Numbered from the stretch's first letter, positions 28,493 to 38,890 are shown. The stretch is 64,000 bases of DNA from an uncultured Bacteroidota bacterium (GCA_963700635.1 CAVOYH010000003.1:192001-256000); one strand, 5' to 3'. Notes: a model not told the origin generated them from the sequence alone. A program made the numbers and translations.

Positions 28493-29368
28493 CTACCCCC
28501 CTCCTGATTGGCCAAACTGGGTAACCGCTGCCAGGTCCGTTTTGACCAGCGCATGGTAGTTTTCTACGTATTCCTGAAGCACCTTGGGATCGTTGAGCTG
28601 GAGGTGTTCCAGCGCCCAGGGACTAAAGTCAGCGCCTTTGTCAAATTCCATAGGTTGTACATCCATGCGCCAGGAGAAGATATCAGCACAGTGAATGATC
28701 GCGACCAGGTCCTTGTTCTTTTCGGCCCGGTCGGGAGTATGATGCATGTTGATTGCCTCCACCAGATGGTCGGGAAGATTCCATCGCTCGGCCAGCCATC
28801 CCCCGACTTCCGCGTGTGTCACTCCCAGAACACTCTCTTCGGCTTCCAGCGCCGTCAGGTCCGTCTCATGAATGATTTCCGTGATCCGTTTGTATTCATT
28901 CTTAAAGTACCGGTGGAGCACGGAGATCCCCATATCGTGCAGGAGCCCTCCCACAAACACTTCGCCGGACACCCGGTATCCCAGATCGCGGGCCAGGCGC
29001 CGGGCCAGCACACCGCACATGATGGCATGGTCCCAGAACCCTTTGGCGTTGAACATTGCATCCGACTTCCTCTGTAACGAACTCACGAGGGAGATGCTGA
29101 TCACGATCTCCTTCAACGCATCATACCCAAGCACAATAATGGCAAAGTCGATCGTCGAGATCTTCCTGGGAAATCCATAGAATGGCGAATTGGCAATTTT
29201 AAGTACTTTTGCCGTTAACGCCTGATCCGTCGAAATGAGTTTCCCCAACCTGGACGCACTGGTTTTGGGATTATCGACAAGCTCGACGAGTTCCATTGCA
29301 ATCGTAGGCAGAGCAGGGAGTTGAATAATGCTCTGCACTCTTTCTTTGATGATTTCCGATGACATCAT
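28493..29368 (-). CDS. HDOD domain protein
   Basis: LPALP, DQALTAKVLKIANSPFYG, FWDHAI, GLLHDMG, HAEVGGWLAERWNLP. Confidence 0.92.
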   Translation of the reverse strand: MMSSEIIKERVQSIIQLPALPTIAMELVELVDNPKTSASRLGKLISTDQALTAKVLKIANSPFYGFPRKISTIDFAIIVLGYDALKEIVISISLVSSLQRKSDAMFNAKGFWDHAIMCGVLARRLARDLGYRVSGEVFVGGLLHDMGISVLHRYFKNEYKRITEIIHETDLTALEAEESVLGVTHAEVGGWLAERWNLPDHLVEAINMHHTPDRAEKNKDLVAIIHCADIFSWRMDVQPMEFDKGADFSPWALEHLQLNDPKVLQEYVENYHALVKTDLAAVTQFGQSGGG

Positions 29369-29386
29369 GTCGTCATTGTTCTCCCG

Positions 29387-30433
29387 TTACAGACAATCAT
29401 GGATAGTGGCCGCCAGGGTTGACAGAGCGACGTCATGCAACCGGTACACGTCTTCCTCCGTGGTCCCCATAAGGTGCGCGACTTCGCCGATGGCCAGCCC
29501 TTCCTGGTAGCAAAGGGCAAGTGTAAGACGTTCCTTGTATGGCAGCGCGCCGATTGCTTCCACCAGCGATTGTTTCAGCGCCGCGACCAGCCGGTCGAAT
29601 GCCGGGGCCTCCGCCATCCCTTCCTGAATACGTATCGTATCATCCTGCAGCCGGGGGGGCGTCAGATCGTCCTCGGTTAACCCCAGGAGCGTCAACGCAG
29701 TCTGGTCATACGCCTGTTCGGCGTCGGCCTCATACCTGCCGACATCCATACGGCGGCAGAGGATATCCGCAATGTGCACCGTCGCGACAAGGTATGGATC
29801 ATACACGGCGTTGGCCGGATGATGGTGATACCGGACCGCTTCCACGATGCGATCTCCCAGACCCCATTGTTCCGCAAGCCAGGAGCCGATTTCTCCGTGA
29901 TGTTCCACCACGGTTTGCGGGTCTTCCGGCGCGAGGTTCCAACGGATATGACCTTCACGCTGTTCTGCAGGGGAGATCATGCCGATATCGTGGAAGAGTC
30001 CCGCCACAAAAGCGTCATTCTCATGCACAGGCGGATACTTCCGGGCCAGGACTCGCGCCACAAGGCCGCAGGCGATAGAGTGGTTCCAGAACTCTCCATA
30101 CTGCGTGAACAAATCAACGATTGTACGGAATGCTCCTGTCACCACCATACGCATGACCGTATCCCGTAACGCATCAAATCCCAGCATGGTGACGGCATGT
30201 GGCACTGTTTCCACACGCGCCGGGATACCAAGGGAGGGCGAATTGGCAATCCGCAGCACGCGTTCGCTCAGTCCGCGATCGGATGACACGATGGCTCCAA
30301 GTTGCGCCACGCTTGATGCGGGATTCCGCATCACCCCGAGCAGTTCCGTCACCAGCGCTGAACGATCACGGTGCGGCGCTACAGACGTGAGCGAGGACTG
30401 CTCTAATACCGCCAGGCGTGTCTGACGAGTCAT
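29387..30433 (-). CDS. HDOD domain fused to C-terminal sigma70 region-4-like HTH
   Basis: DRGLSERVLRIANS, FWNHSIACG, AGLFHDIG, HGEIGSWLAEQWGL. C-terminal LVEAIGALPYKERLTLALCYQEGLAIGEVAHLMG. ATGA overlap with the upstream gene. Confidence 0.85.
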   Translation of the reverse strand: MTRQTRLAVLEQSSLTSVAPHRDRSALVTELLGVMRNPASSVAQLGAIVSSDRGLSERVLRIANSPSLGIPARVETVPHAVTMLGFDALRDTVMRMVVTGAFRTIVDLFTQYGEFWNHSIACGLVARVLARKYPPVHENDAFVAGLFHDIGMISPAEQREGHIRWNLAPEDPQTVVEHHGEIGSWLAEQWGLGDRIVEAVRYHHHPANAVYDPYLVATVHIADILCRRMDVGRYEADAEQAYDQTALTLLGLTEDDLTPPRLQDDTIRIQEGMAEAPAFDRLVAALKQSLVEAIGALPYKERLTLALCYQEGLAIGEVAHLMGTTEEDVYRLHDVALSTLAATIHDCL

Positions 30434-31509
30434 GACCACTCTCCGAATTCCGCGAGCATCGTTGTAAACCTCTGGAGTGCGTGCCCATGCATAAGTACAA
30501 CATGGTCCCGCGTTGTCCCCAGGACGCCCGCAATGCCTGCCAGCGAAAGGCCTTCAAAGTAGTGCAACGCCAACAAAAAACGCTCCTGCTCTTCCAGGTC
30601 TTCAAATGTATTGATCAGATTTTCCTTGACCACACTGACTTTTAATTGTAGTGCCGGTGCGCGATGCAGGACTCGTTCCTCCAGCGAGCACATCCGATGC
30701 TCCATCGATTCTGATGCGCATCCCGACAGTAACCCGAGTGTGTCACAGGCGCTCCGGGAGAAGGCCATTTCCGGCTCTTGCCCCATGGGGCCTCCGAACA
30801 GACGATGGCAGATGACATCGGCAACATGGACCACGGCGGCAAGCACAGGATTCTGCTCGGTGCCGGTCGGCCCGTGGTGATGACGTACTGCATCACGTAA
30901 GTCCGCATCAAGAGTCTCCCAGCGATCCAGCATCCATGATCCGGCTTCTTCATGCATTCCTTCAGGGGTCAGGAGATTCGGACGGCGATGATCGTATTCG
31001 GGTCTCCAATCCAGAAGCCCCTCCACTTCGGGAGAAGGCAGATCGTCACCCAGGAACAGGAATCCGATATCATGAACGAGCCCGGCGACAAATGCCCGGT
31101 CTCTCTCCCGGCAGCCTGTCTCTGCGGCAACAGCCCGTGCAACAAGCCCGCACATCAGCGAATGATCCCAAAGGTCTTCGCAGTAGTGGAAGCTGTTGAC
31201 AATATGCCGCGTTGCCCTGCTGGCAACCGCCCACTTCACGGTGTCCCGGATGGACTGCGAGCCGAGCAGGCCGAGGGCAAGGTTGACATCCCGTACCTGA
31301 CCCGGGAGGCCGAACGCGGTATTTGCCGACAGAGAGAGCGAACGCATAAGAATCGGATTCCATCCAATCACCGCTGCCAGGCGCGAGACGGGTGTCAGCG
31401 GATCGTTGACAAGCGCGACCACATACTCGAGCACCCTGGCCTTAAACGGAAATGCGGCTCCCGTCTCCAGGGCGCGATGTTCAAACTCATCAACAATGGG
31501 CATCCGCAT
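30430..31509 (-). CDS. HDOD domain fused to C-terminal sigma70 region-4-like HTH
   Basis: LWDHSLMCG, AGLVHDIG, HEEAGSWMLDRW. C-terminal LEEQERFLLALHYFEGLSLAGIAGVLG. GGAGG precedes ATG 31509. Confidence 0.85.
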   Translation of the reverse strand: MRMPIVDEFEHRALETGAAFPFKARVLEYVVALVNDPLTPVSRLAAVIGWNPILMRSLSLSANTAFGLPGQVRDVNLALGLLGSQSIRDTVKWAVASRATRHIVNSFHYCEDLWDHSLMCGLVARAVAAETGCRERDRAFVAGLVHDIGFLFLGDDLPSPEVEGLLDWRPEYDHRRPNLLTPEGMHEEAGSWMLDRWETLDADLRDAVRHHHGPTGTEQNPVLAAVVHVADVICHRLFGGPMGQEPEMAFSRSACDTLGLLSGCASESMEHRMCSLEERVLHRAPALQLKVSVVKENLINTFEDLEEQERFLLALHYFEGLSLAGIAGVLGTTRDHVVLMHGHALQRFTTMLAEFGEWS

Positions 31510-31513
31510 GCTC

Positions 31514-32269
31514 TTATGCCTCCATGGCGACAAGTCTGGTCCGGAGCTGGCGCAACACTTCGGAATGTATCTGCGATATGCGCCCTTCTGAGATATCAAG
31601 AACCTTTGCGATCTCCGTAAATTTTAGACCTTCGTAGTAGTACAGCGCAATGACGGTGCGGTCGCGCTCCGGCAGCCGCTCGACGGCCTCCAGCAGGATG
31701 GCGCGGGTTTCTTGCTCGCTGAGACGGTCGAATGGACTTGGCCCGTCGGATGGTGTCTCATCCAGCGCTTCTGCACTGTCGCTCCCGCCTCCGGCGCCGG
31801 CCTCGCGCGAAGGAGCTACAGACCCGGTGCCGATGAGCTCATAGTATTCCTCCAGGGTGATTTCGAGCTTCCCGGCTATTTCTGCGTCAAGAGGTTCTCT
31901 CCCGTTCTGCTGCATAACCTGATGGGCGGCTTTGCCCACCTTCCGCGATGTCTCACGCACCGACCGGGGGACCCAGTCGAGTTTACGCATCTCGTCGAGA
32001 ATCGCACCCCGAATACGTGGCACGGCGTACGTTTCAAATTTGACGTTCTGAGCCGGCGTGAACCGGTCCACCGCACTCAGGAGTCCCAGGATGCCAAAAT
32101 GCACCACGTCGTCGAATTCCAGACCCTGCGCTCTCCCGTGATGATGCAGCCCGAACTTGCTCACGACATAGCGCACCAGATCGAGATACTGCACGACGAG
32201 TTTCCTCTTCAGTTCCGGGGTGCGGATCCGAAGGAACTCATCCCACAGGTATTGTGTCGATTCGTGCAT
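31514..32269 (-). CDS. fliA: Flagellar sigma factor sigma28 (FliA/WhiG)
   Basis: KFETYAVPRIRGAILDEMRKLDWVPRSVR, LPERDRTVIALYYYEGL..EIAKVLDISEGRISQIHS. Confidence 0.95.
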   Translation of the reverse strand: MHESTQYLWDEFLRIRTPELKRKLVVQYLDLVRYVVSKFGLHHHGRAQGLEFDDVVHFGILGLLSAVDRFTPAQNVKFETYAVPRIRGAILDEMRKLDWVPRSVRETSRKVGKAAHQVMQQNGREPLDAEIAGKLEITLEEYYELIGTGSVAPSREAGAGGGSDSAEALDETPSDGPSPFDRLSEQETRAILLEAVERLPERDRTVIALYYYEGLKFTEIAKVLDISEGRISQIHSEVLRQLRTRLVAMEA

Positions 32270-32289
32270 TGCTCAGATATCCCTGGTTG

Positions 32290-32565
32290 TCATGCTGCCG
32301 TCGCCGGGAATTGGGTTGATGAAGACGTCGTTTGATCCGACGCCAGACTTCCTTCCACGCGCGGAGGTGTTTCTGCCGGCATGGGGTGCGGCTTTCTTCT
32401 CATGCTCGTCGCCACCATCAAAATCACAATTTGTCCTGTCACGACGGCGATAAAGACGATGAACCCGCGCGCAATAATATCGAACAGAGGGAGACCCTGT
32501 GTGCCGAACAGCACGGCCGAGACAAAAAATGCCAGTGCACCGACCTGAATCACCACTTTCGTCAT
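32290..32565 (-). CDS. Small two-TM hypothetical membrane protein between flhG and fliA
   Basis: ATGA overlap with flhG; two hydrophobic helices. Confidence 0.65.
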   Translation of the reverse strand: MTKVVIQVGALAFFVSAVLFGTQGLPLFDIIARGFIVFIAVVTGQIVILMVATSMRRKPHPMPAETPPRVEGSLASDQTTSSSTQFPATAA

Positions 32566-33401
32566 AGCGCCACCATACGATTAAGTGAACCCTTCACGTG
32601 GTCGTTCACGATTGCATGGGCCAGCGATTGCAGGGACAGCGCCGCAGCCGAGCGCGGATACGAAAGGACCAGCGGGTGCTGCCGGCGGATCGCTTCGCTG
32701 ACACGATCATCGCTTGGAACAATTGCGGCACAATGCACTTCGCGACCGAGAAAATGACGCACTGCAGCACGGAGTTTCGTCATGGTTTCCTCTCCCTCCC
32801 GAATCGACCGTGCGTTGTTGATCACGAGTTCCACAACCTGCCCCGGCGCATTGATCCCCATGACCTTGATCATGGCATAGGCATCCATCACTGCTGTCGG
32901 CTCTGTGGTCGTCACAACAAGCACGCTGTCGGCTTCCTCTCCGTACCGGATGATTTCCGGGGTGAGTCCGGCCGCAGTGTCGATAATCAGCACATCACTC
33001 CTCTGCTCGCGGTCGAGCAGATCGTGCAACAGCGCCATCTGCCGTTCGCCCTCCAACAGCGGAAAGTGTGGCTCCCCCGAACTTCCGGGCAGAAGATGCA
33101 ACCCGGGCGCAAGTGCCACAAGAACGCTTTCCAGATCCTGATCTCCCCGCAGCACGTCACCCAACCGGAACCGGGGCACAACACCCGCCATCACGTCAAG
33201 TCCGGCCAGGTTTGCATCAGCGTCAAAGAGGAGCACCTTTTTGCCCACCATGGCGAGCGAGAGGCCGACATTAAGTGCGACGGTGCTCTTGCCGACTCCC
33301 CCTTTGCCGCTCGTAACGGTCAACACGTACGGCCGGGCCGTCCGGGTGCCTACCTGGTAGGCGCGTGCAAAGCCGCGCATCCGTGTCGCCTGATCATGCA
33401 T
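32562..33401 (-). CDS. flhG: MinD-like flagellar number regulator FlhG/FleN
   Basis: DQA N-terminal motif, TSGKGGVGKS, DTAAG, EPTAVMDAYAMIK. Start set at MHDQA (33401). Confidence 0.92.
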   Translation of the reverse strand: MHDQATRMRGFARAYQVGTRTARPYVLTVTSGKGGVGKSTVALNVGLSLAMVGKKVLLFDADANLAGLDVMAGVVPRFRLGDVLRGDQDLESVLVALAPGLHLLPGSSGEPHFPLLEGERQMALLHDLLDREQRSDVLIIDTAAGLTPEIIRYGEEADSVLVVTTTEPTAVMDAYAMIKVMGINAPGQVVELVINNARSIREGEETMTKLRAAVRHFLGREVHCAAIVPSDDRVSEAIRRQHPLVLSYPRSAAALSLQSLAHAIVNDHVKGSLNRMVAL

Positions 33402-34650
33402 GAGCCATTTCTCCCGAATACACCATGGCAGCCAGTTGGGGCGCTTCAACCCGGCGAATATCATCGGGCACGGCCTGTCCCGTCGTCACATATGACAGGG
33501 GGAGGTGGTGCCGGTGAACAATACTCAGCAGCGGTCCATAGGTCGCCGCTTCATCCAGCTTTGAAAAAATGAGCCGGTTGGGTTTTACCACCTTAAACTG
33601 ATCGATAATCTCTTCGCAGGTCTTGACGTTGGTGGATGCGTTGAGCACAAGGTGTGTTTCGTCAGGATCAGCAGCGAGCACAAACTTCGCGAGATCGAGC
33701 AGCTCTTTTTTCGACCGCTGGCTGCGCCCGACGGTATCAACAAACACCACGTCTTTCGTCCGGAATTTTTTTAGTGCCGCGGCCATTTCCACGGGTTTGT
33801 AGACCACATCCATCGGGATGTCGGCAATGCCCGCAAACGTGCGCAACTGCTCGATGGCGCCGATTCTGTAGGTATCGGCGGAGATCAGGCCGACATCCAG
33901 ACCGCTCAACAGTTTGTTGATGGCCGCAAGTTTTGCGATGGTCGTGGTTTTGCCGACTCCCGTCGGTCCGACAAGCGCAATAACCCGCGTCTTTTTCCGT
34001 CTCGCCTTCTCCGTCTGGGCAGTCGGAATGATTCCCGCGATCGCTGCCAGGAGCTGTTTTTCCAGATAGGATTTGTTGGTGATCTGGTCCTGATTCATAC
34101 GGGCATATACCGTCTGAATGATGTCCGCGGCCAGATGTTCATCCACATCGTGCTGCACAAGCCGGCCGTATGCTTTCTGGAGGTTGTCCGGAAGGGCGGG
34201 CATGCGCGAGTATTTCAGATGCTCGACGATGGCCAGTAACGTTCCCTTAACATCTTCCATGTCGCTCCGCAGTTCCACGATTTCTGTGGGTTCCGCCCGC
34301 CGCCTGCCTGAAGATCCGGGCCGTACGTCATCGGACTGCCGTTCGCTGAACTGCTCGGCAACGCGGCGAAGTCCCGCGAGGGCGCTCTCTTCATCGAGTC
34401 CTGCCCGCGACTGCTCCAGGTGTTTGTCGAATCCCGCTGCGCCCGACCGTCGCCGGTAGGTATTCTGTACGGCCGGAGGTGTGTCATCGATAGCGCCGGT
34501 CACTTCGTACGCATCACGACCCAGAAAATTGAAGGGGCCGCCCCGTGTGATTTTCCGGCTGCTGATCACTATCGCTTCAGGGCCGAGGTCGACCTTGATC
34601 TGGTCAGTCGCTTCCTTGATGGAATGGGCGACAAATTTCTTAATCCTCAT
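33394..34650 (-). CDS. flhF: SRP-family GTPase FlhF
   Basis: GPTGVGKTTTIAKLA, DTYRIGAIEQL, DTVGRS, SKLDE, GQAVPDDI. Confidence 0.95.
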   Translation of the reverse strand: MRIKKFVAHSIKEATDQIKVDLGPEAIVISSRKITRGGPFNFLGRDAYEVTGAIDDTPPAVQNTYRRRSGAAGFDKHLEQSRAGLDEESALAGLRRVAEQFSERQSDDVRPGSSGRRRAEPTEIVELRSDMEDVKGTLLAIVEHLKYSRMPALPDNLQKAYGRLVQHDVDEHLAADIIQTVYARMNQDQITNKSYLEKQLLAAIAGIIPTAQTEKARRKKTRVIALVGPTGVGKTTTIAKLAAINKLLSGLDVGLISADTYRIGAIEQLRTFAGIADIPMDVVYKPVEMAAALKKFRTKDVVFVDTVGRSQRSKKELLDLAKFVLAADPDETHLVLNASTNVKTCEEIIDQFKVVKPNRLIFSKLDEAATYGPLLSIVHRHHLPLSYVTTGQAVPDDIRRVEAPQLAAMVYSGEMAHA

Positions 34651-36736
34651 AGTCAGCCTCCAGCTTTCCTAGGAACTCTACTTCCGTGTCCGGCGGTAGT
34701 TCCGTGAACGAAAGCACGGCCACACCGGGGAACGATATGTGAATCAATCTGTAAAAATACGGCCGCACCGTGGCCGCGCACAGGATCACGGGGGGATAAC
34801 CGTGATGCTGGGCCAGTTCGATATTCTCGGTTAAGCTTGTATGAATGGACTGAATCGTGCGGGGCGAAAGCCCCAGACTCGGGCTTGTCTCGCGCTGATT
34901 CTGTAAGGCAGAAGTGATCGTCTGCTCCAGCCGCGGATCCATGGCGATCGCATGAATCATCCCCTTGGGATCGCCGTACAAACGCACGATAGTCTCTGAT
35001 AATGAATGGCGCACATACTCGGTCAGCACATCCACATTTTTCGTCACACGCCCATAATCGGCAAGCGCTTCAAGGATGGTGACGAGATCGCGAACCGGAA
35101 TACCTTCTTTAAGTAGATTCTGGAGGACCTTCTGCACCGATCCGGTGGGAAGAAGTTCAGGCGTAAGCTCTTCGACAACTGCGGGATAATCCTTCTTCAA
35201 ATTCTCGATGAGTTTCTTTGTATCCTGCCGTCCCAGGATCCGGTCGGCATTCTTCCGGAGCACTTCCTGCAGATGGGTTGACAACACGGCCGACGGTTCT
35301 ACCACGGTGTAGCCGCAGAGTTCCGCACGTTCACGATGACTACCGGAAATCCATACTGCATGCAGACCGAACGCCGGTTCCCGGACCTCAAGGCCATCAA
35401 GTGCACCGTCCGCACTGCCCGGATTCATCGCCAGAAATCGATCCATCAGGAGGGCCCCAGTCGCGGCAACATTCCCCCGTATCTTCACGACATAGTCGTT
35501 TGGATCCAATTGCAGGTTGTCGCGTACCCGCACGGGTGGTATCACGATGCCAAGATCAATCGCCAGCTGCCGGCGCATGTTGGTGATGCGGGCGAACAGA
35601 TCGCCGTCCCGTGCTTCATCCACAAGTGAAATCAAGCCGTATCCGATTTCCAGTTCAACCGGATCAACCTGGAGATAATCCTCGACCCGTTCCTCCTTTG
35701 GCGCAGCGGCGGCAGCAGGGATGGTTGCCGCATCAGCAGCCGTTCGGCGGTCCCGTGTTTTTACATAGCCGATTCCGCCGGTGAACATAGCCATGAGGAG
35801 GAAAGGCAGTGTCGGCATTCCTGGGACAATCGCAAAGAGAAAGAGGGCGCCGGAAGCGATGAGCATCGTCTTCGGCCTGCCGAAGATCTGACTCCGGATT
35901 TCCATGTCAAAAGCGTTTCCGGCAGCGCTGCGTGTGACGATCATACCCGAAGCGACCGCGACAATAAGAGCCGGAATCTGGGTTACGAGGCCATCTCCGA
36001 CGGTGAGGAGCGTGTACCTCTGCAGGGCATCGGAAAACGGCATGCCGCGTTGCGCCACCCCTATCACAAATCCGCCCACGATATTGACAATATTGATGAG
36101 GAGTCCCGCGATCGCGTCCCCCTTGACAAACTTACTCGCGCCGTCCATGGCACCGTAGAACTCGGCCTCCCGGGAAATTTCCCGTCTCCGGTCGCGTGCT
36201 TCCTTCTCTGTAATCATCCCTGCATTCAGGTCGGCATCAATAGCCATCTGCTTGCCGGGCATTCCATCCAGCGTGAAGCGGGCTGCGACCTCGGAGATCC
36301 GGCCGGCGCCCTTGACAATGACGATAAACTGTATCAAGACAAGAATCAGGAAGATGATGAACCCGACCACGTAATTCCCCTTCACCACGAACGAACCGAA
36401 TGCCATGATGACTTCTCCGGCATATCCATCGCCCAGGACCAGACGGGTCGAAGCGACGTTCAGGCCAAGCCGGAAAATCGTCAGGATCAGCAAGAGACCG
36501 GGGAACACAGAGATCTCCAGGGGGTTGGTCAGGTACATGGAGACCATAAGGACAAGGATGGCGATCGTAATGTTAGCAGCCAGGAGCACATCCAGCATGA
36601 ATGCGGGGATCGGGATGATCAGCAGCGCGAGGATGAAGATCACGCTGACAGCGAGCAAGACATCGCTGTTCGCACCCATCACCCTGAGCGGGGTGTTCCA
36701 GATCGAGCGTCCCTGTATTGTCGCAAGTGCGTCCAT
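34640..36736 (-). CDS. flhA: Flagellar export gate FlhA
   Basis: RISEVAARFTLDGMPGKQMAIDADL, FYGAMDGASKFVKGDAIAG. Confidence 0.97.
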   Translation of the reverse strand: MDALATIQGRSIWNTPLRVMGANSDVLLAVSVIFILALLIIPIPAFMLDVLLAANITIAILVLMVSMYLTNPLEISVFPGLLLILTIFRLGLNVASTRLVLGDGYAGEVIMAFGSFVVKGNYVVGFIIFLILVLIQFIVIVKGAGRISEVAARFTLDGMPGKQMAIDADLNAGMITEKEARDRRREISREAEFYGAMDGASKFVKGDAIAGLLINIVNIVGGFVIGVAQRGMPFSDALQRYTLLTVGDGLVTQIPALIVAVASGMIVTRSAAGNAFDMEIRSQIFGRPKTMLIASGALFLFAIVPGMPTLPFLLMAMFTGGIGYVKTRDRRTAADAATIPAAAAAPKEERVEDYLQVDPVELEIGYGLISLVDEARDGDLFARITNMRRQLAIDLGIVIPPVRVRDNLQLDPNDYVVKIRGNVAATGALLMDRFLAMNPGSADGALDGLEVREPAFGLHAVWISGSHRERAELCGYTVVEPSAVLSTHLQEVLRKNADRILGRQDTKKLIENLKKDYPAVVEELTPELLPTGSVQKVLQNLLKEGIPVRDLVTILEALADYGRVTKNVDVLTEYVRHSLSETIVRLYGDPKGMIHAIAMDPRLEQTITSALQNQRETSPSLGLSPRTIQSIHTSLTENIELAQHHGYPPVILCAATVRPYFYRLIHISFPGVAVLSFTELPPDTEVEFLGKLEADYED

Positions 36737-36740
36737 GTTG

Positions 36741-37826
36741 TCAGTTCATTGCGTACGTGTTCGACGACTGTTTGACCTTGTAGATATATGCCAGCAACTG
36801 TGCGATCGCCTGGAAGAGTTTTTCCGGGACTTCCTGCCCGATTTCCACGGACCGGTACAACGCCTGGGCCAGCGGGCGGTCTTCCACAATGGGAACGTGG
36901 TGCGCCTTGGCGATTTCCCGGATTTTTAGTGCTATAAGATCTGCTCCTTTTGCCACAACCCTAGGCGCGTTCATTTCTTCCGCGTCATACCGGAGCGCCA
37001 CCGCAAGATGTGTGGGGTTTGTCACGACGACGTCCGCCTTCGGAACATCCTGCATCATGCGTCGATACGCGATCCGGCGCTGGATACTGCGAACCCGGCT
37101 CTTCACCATGGGATCACCTTCCATCGCCTTGTTCTCTTCTTTCACTTCCTCCTTGCTCATACGCAGATCCCGCTCGTGTTCAAACCGCTGAAAGAAAAAG
37201 TCAAGAATCGCCAGAACCAGAAATGCCAGTCCCGCCTTAATACCGAGTCCGAAAGCGGTCTCACCAAGAAAACCGAGAAGGGCGGTTGGATCGCTGCCCA
37301 CCAGGGTCGGGGTCTCCACAATCACCCCCTCCAGAGAAGAGTAGGCCACCGTTCCCACGACGAACACCTTCACGAGGCTCTTCGAGAGTTCCATGAGGGA
37401 TCGGCGAGAGATGAGTATTTTCTTAATCCCGTTCAGCGGGTTAAGTTTGCTGAATTGTGGTTTGAGCACTTCCGGTGAGTACACGAAGCCAACCTGAAGG
37501 TAGGAGGCGGTTAGTCCGACCACCATAATCCCGAAAATAATCGGGGCCAACAACATGCCCAGGCTCACCACACCGGATCCGACGAGATGGTGAAGCGTCT
37601 CCACCGTAACAGGCAAGGACCCTGCCCGGATAAACGTCGCCCGCGCAATTTCGGCCAGGCCGTTGACCAGTGCTCCCCCCGCGAAGTAGAGGATGAGCAG
37701 ACCGAACATGAGAACGAACGCGGAATTCAGCTCCACGCTGCGGGCGATCTTGCCCTTGCGTTTCGCCTCTTCGCGTTTGCGATCACTCGCTGGTTCGGTT
37801 TTTTCCTGGAACGACTCTTCAGCCAT
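36741..37826 (-). CDS. flhB: Flagellar export switch FlhB
   Basis: EKTEPAS, EGDP, VVTNPTH autocleavage motif. Confidence 0.97.
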   Translation of the reverse strand: MAEESFQEKTEPASDRKREEAKRKGKIARSVELNSAFVLMFGLLILYFAGGALVNGLAEIARATFIRAGSLPVTVETLHHLVGSGVVSLGMLLAPIIFGIMVVGLTASYLQVGFVYSPEVLKPQFSKLNPLNGIKKILISRRSLMELSKSLVKVFVVGTVAYSSLEGVIVETPTLVGSDPTALLGFLGETAFGLGIKAGLAFLVLAILDFFFQRFEHERDLRMSKEEVKEENKAMEGDPMVKSRVRSIQRRIAYRRMMQDVPKADVVVTNPTHLAVALRYDAEEMNAPRVVAKGADLIALKIREIAKAHHVPIVEDRPLAQALYRSVEIGQEVPEKLFQAIAQLLAYIYKVKQSSNTYAMN

Positions 37827-37830
37827 GATC

Positions 37831-38595
37831 CTACATCACCCGGATAAGTTGTACCACATCCTCCTCAAACCCGGCAAGGAGGCTCTTAAAAGCATACACC
37901 AGAAACGGCGCGGCGGTCATCAGCACAACGAGTCCGATGCCGATCTTGACAGGGAAGCTCATCATGAACACATTCACTTGTGGAGCCACCCGCGAGAGAA
38001 TTGCCAGAGACACGTTGATAAGAAATGACGCCACAATGATCGGTGCTGCACACTTTAGCGCGACCATAAACAGGATACCCGACAGTGCCACCAGCTGTTC
38101 CGCCACCGCGCCGTGTATAACAAAACCGCTGATCGGCACAGCTTCATAGCTCAGCACCATGGCCTGCAGCACAAAATGATGTCCGTTCATCTGCATGAAC
38201 ACGAGCAGCATGACGAGGTACAGGAATCCACCGATCACATTGTTCGGACCTGTCTCCGGATCAAACGCCGTGGCAATGGAAAGCCCGAGGTCAAAACCGA
38301 TGAGTTCGCCCGCCGCCCGCACTCCCGCGAACACGAGACCGATGGCAAACCCGATAACCAACCCCGTAACCACCTCCTGAACCGCAAGAACAAAAAGGGC
38401 AACAAGGTGCAGATCCATCACCGGCGGTTGGACCGCCAGAACCGGGTAGAGCACGATAGCCATAAAAACACCCAGCGCAATTTTTACCTGGACAGGAACG
38501 CTCAGGTGCCCGAGTACAGGTGCAAGCGCGATCACCGCCGTACACCGGAGGAAAAGAAGCAGATAGAGCACCAGTTGGAGCGCGTAGATTTCCAT
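37831..38595 (-). CDS. fliR: Flagellar export protein FliR
   Basis: AGELIGFDLGL, NGHH, RVAPQVNVF..FP. Confidence 0.93.
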   Translation of the reverse strand: MEIYALQLVLYLLLFLRCTAVIALAPVLGHLSVPVQVKIALGVFMAIVLYPVLAVQPPVMDLHLVALFVLAVQEVVTGLVIGFAIGLVFAGVRAAGELIGFDLGLSIATAFDPETGPNNVIGGFLYLVMLLVFMQMNGHHFVLQAMVLSYEAVPISGFVIHGAVAEQLVALSGILFMVALKCAAPIIVASFLINVSLAILSRVAPQVNVFMMSFPVKIGIGLVVLMTAAPFLVYAFKSLLAGFEEDVVQLIRVM

Positions 38596-38598
38596 GAC

Positions 38599-38868
38599 TT
38601 ATCGGCCCATCAGGGGTATCTGGCTGAACACGTTTATGGTAAAGCTGATCATGATGCCCATCATCCATGGCAGCGTCAGGACAGCCACGATCGCCACAAC
38701 GATGATCTTGGGAACGAATGTCAGCGTGATCTCCTGAATCGAAGTGGCGGCCTGGAATACGGCAATACACAGACCCACGATCAGGGAAATAACAAGCATC
38801 GGCGATGACACCAGGAGCATCGTGTAGAACGCTTCACGAAACAGATACACTACCAATTGTTCAGTCAT
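38599..38868 (-). CDS. fliQ: Flagellar export protein FliQ
   Basis: FQAATSIQEITLTFVPK. Confidence 0.95.
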   Translation of the reverse strand: MTEQLVVYLFREAFYTMLLVSSPMLVISLIVGLCIAVFQAATSIQEITLTFVPKIIVVAIVAVLTLPWMMGIMISFTINVFSQIPLMGR

Positions 38869-38890
38869 CGTCGTCTTTCTTCCTCACCGT

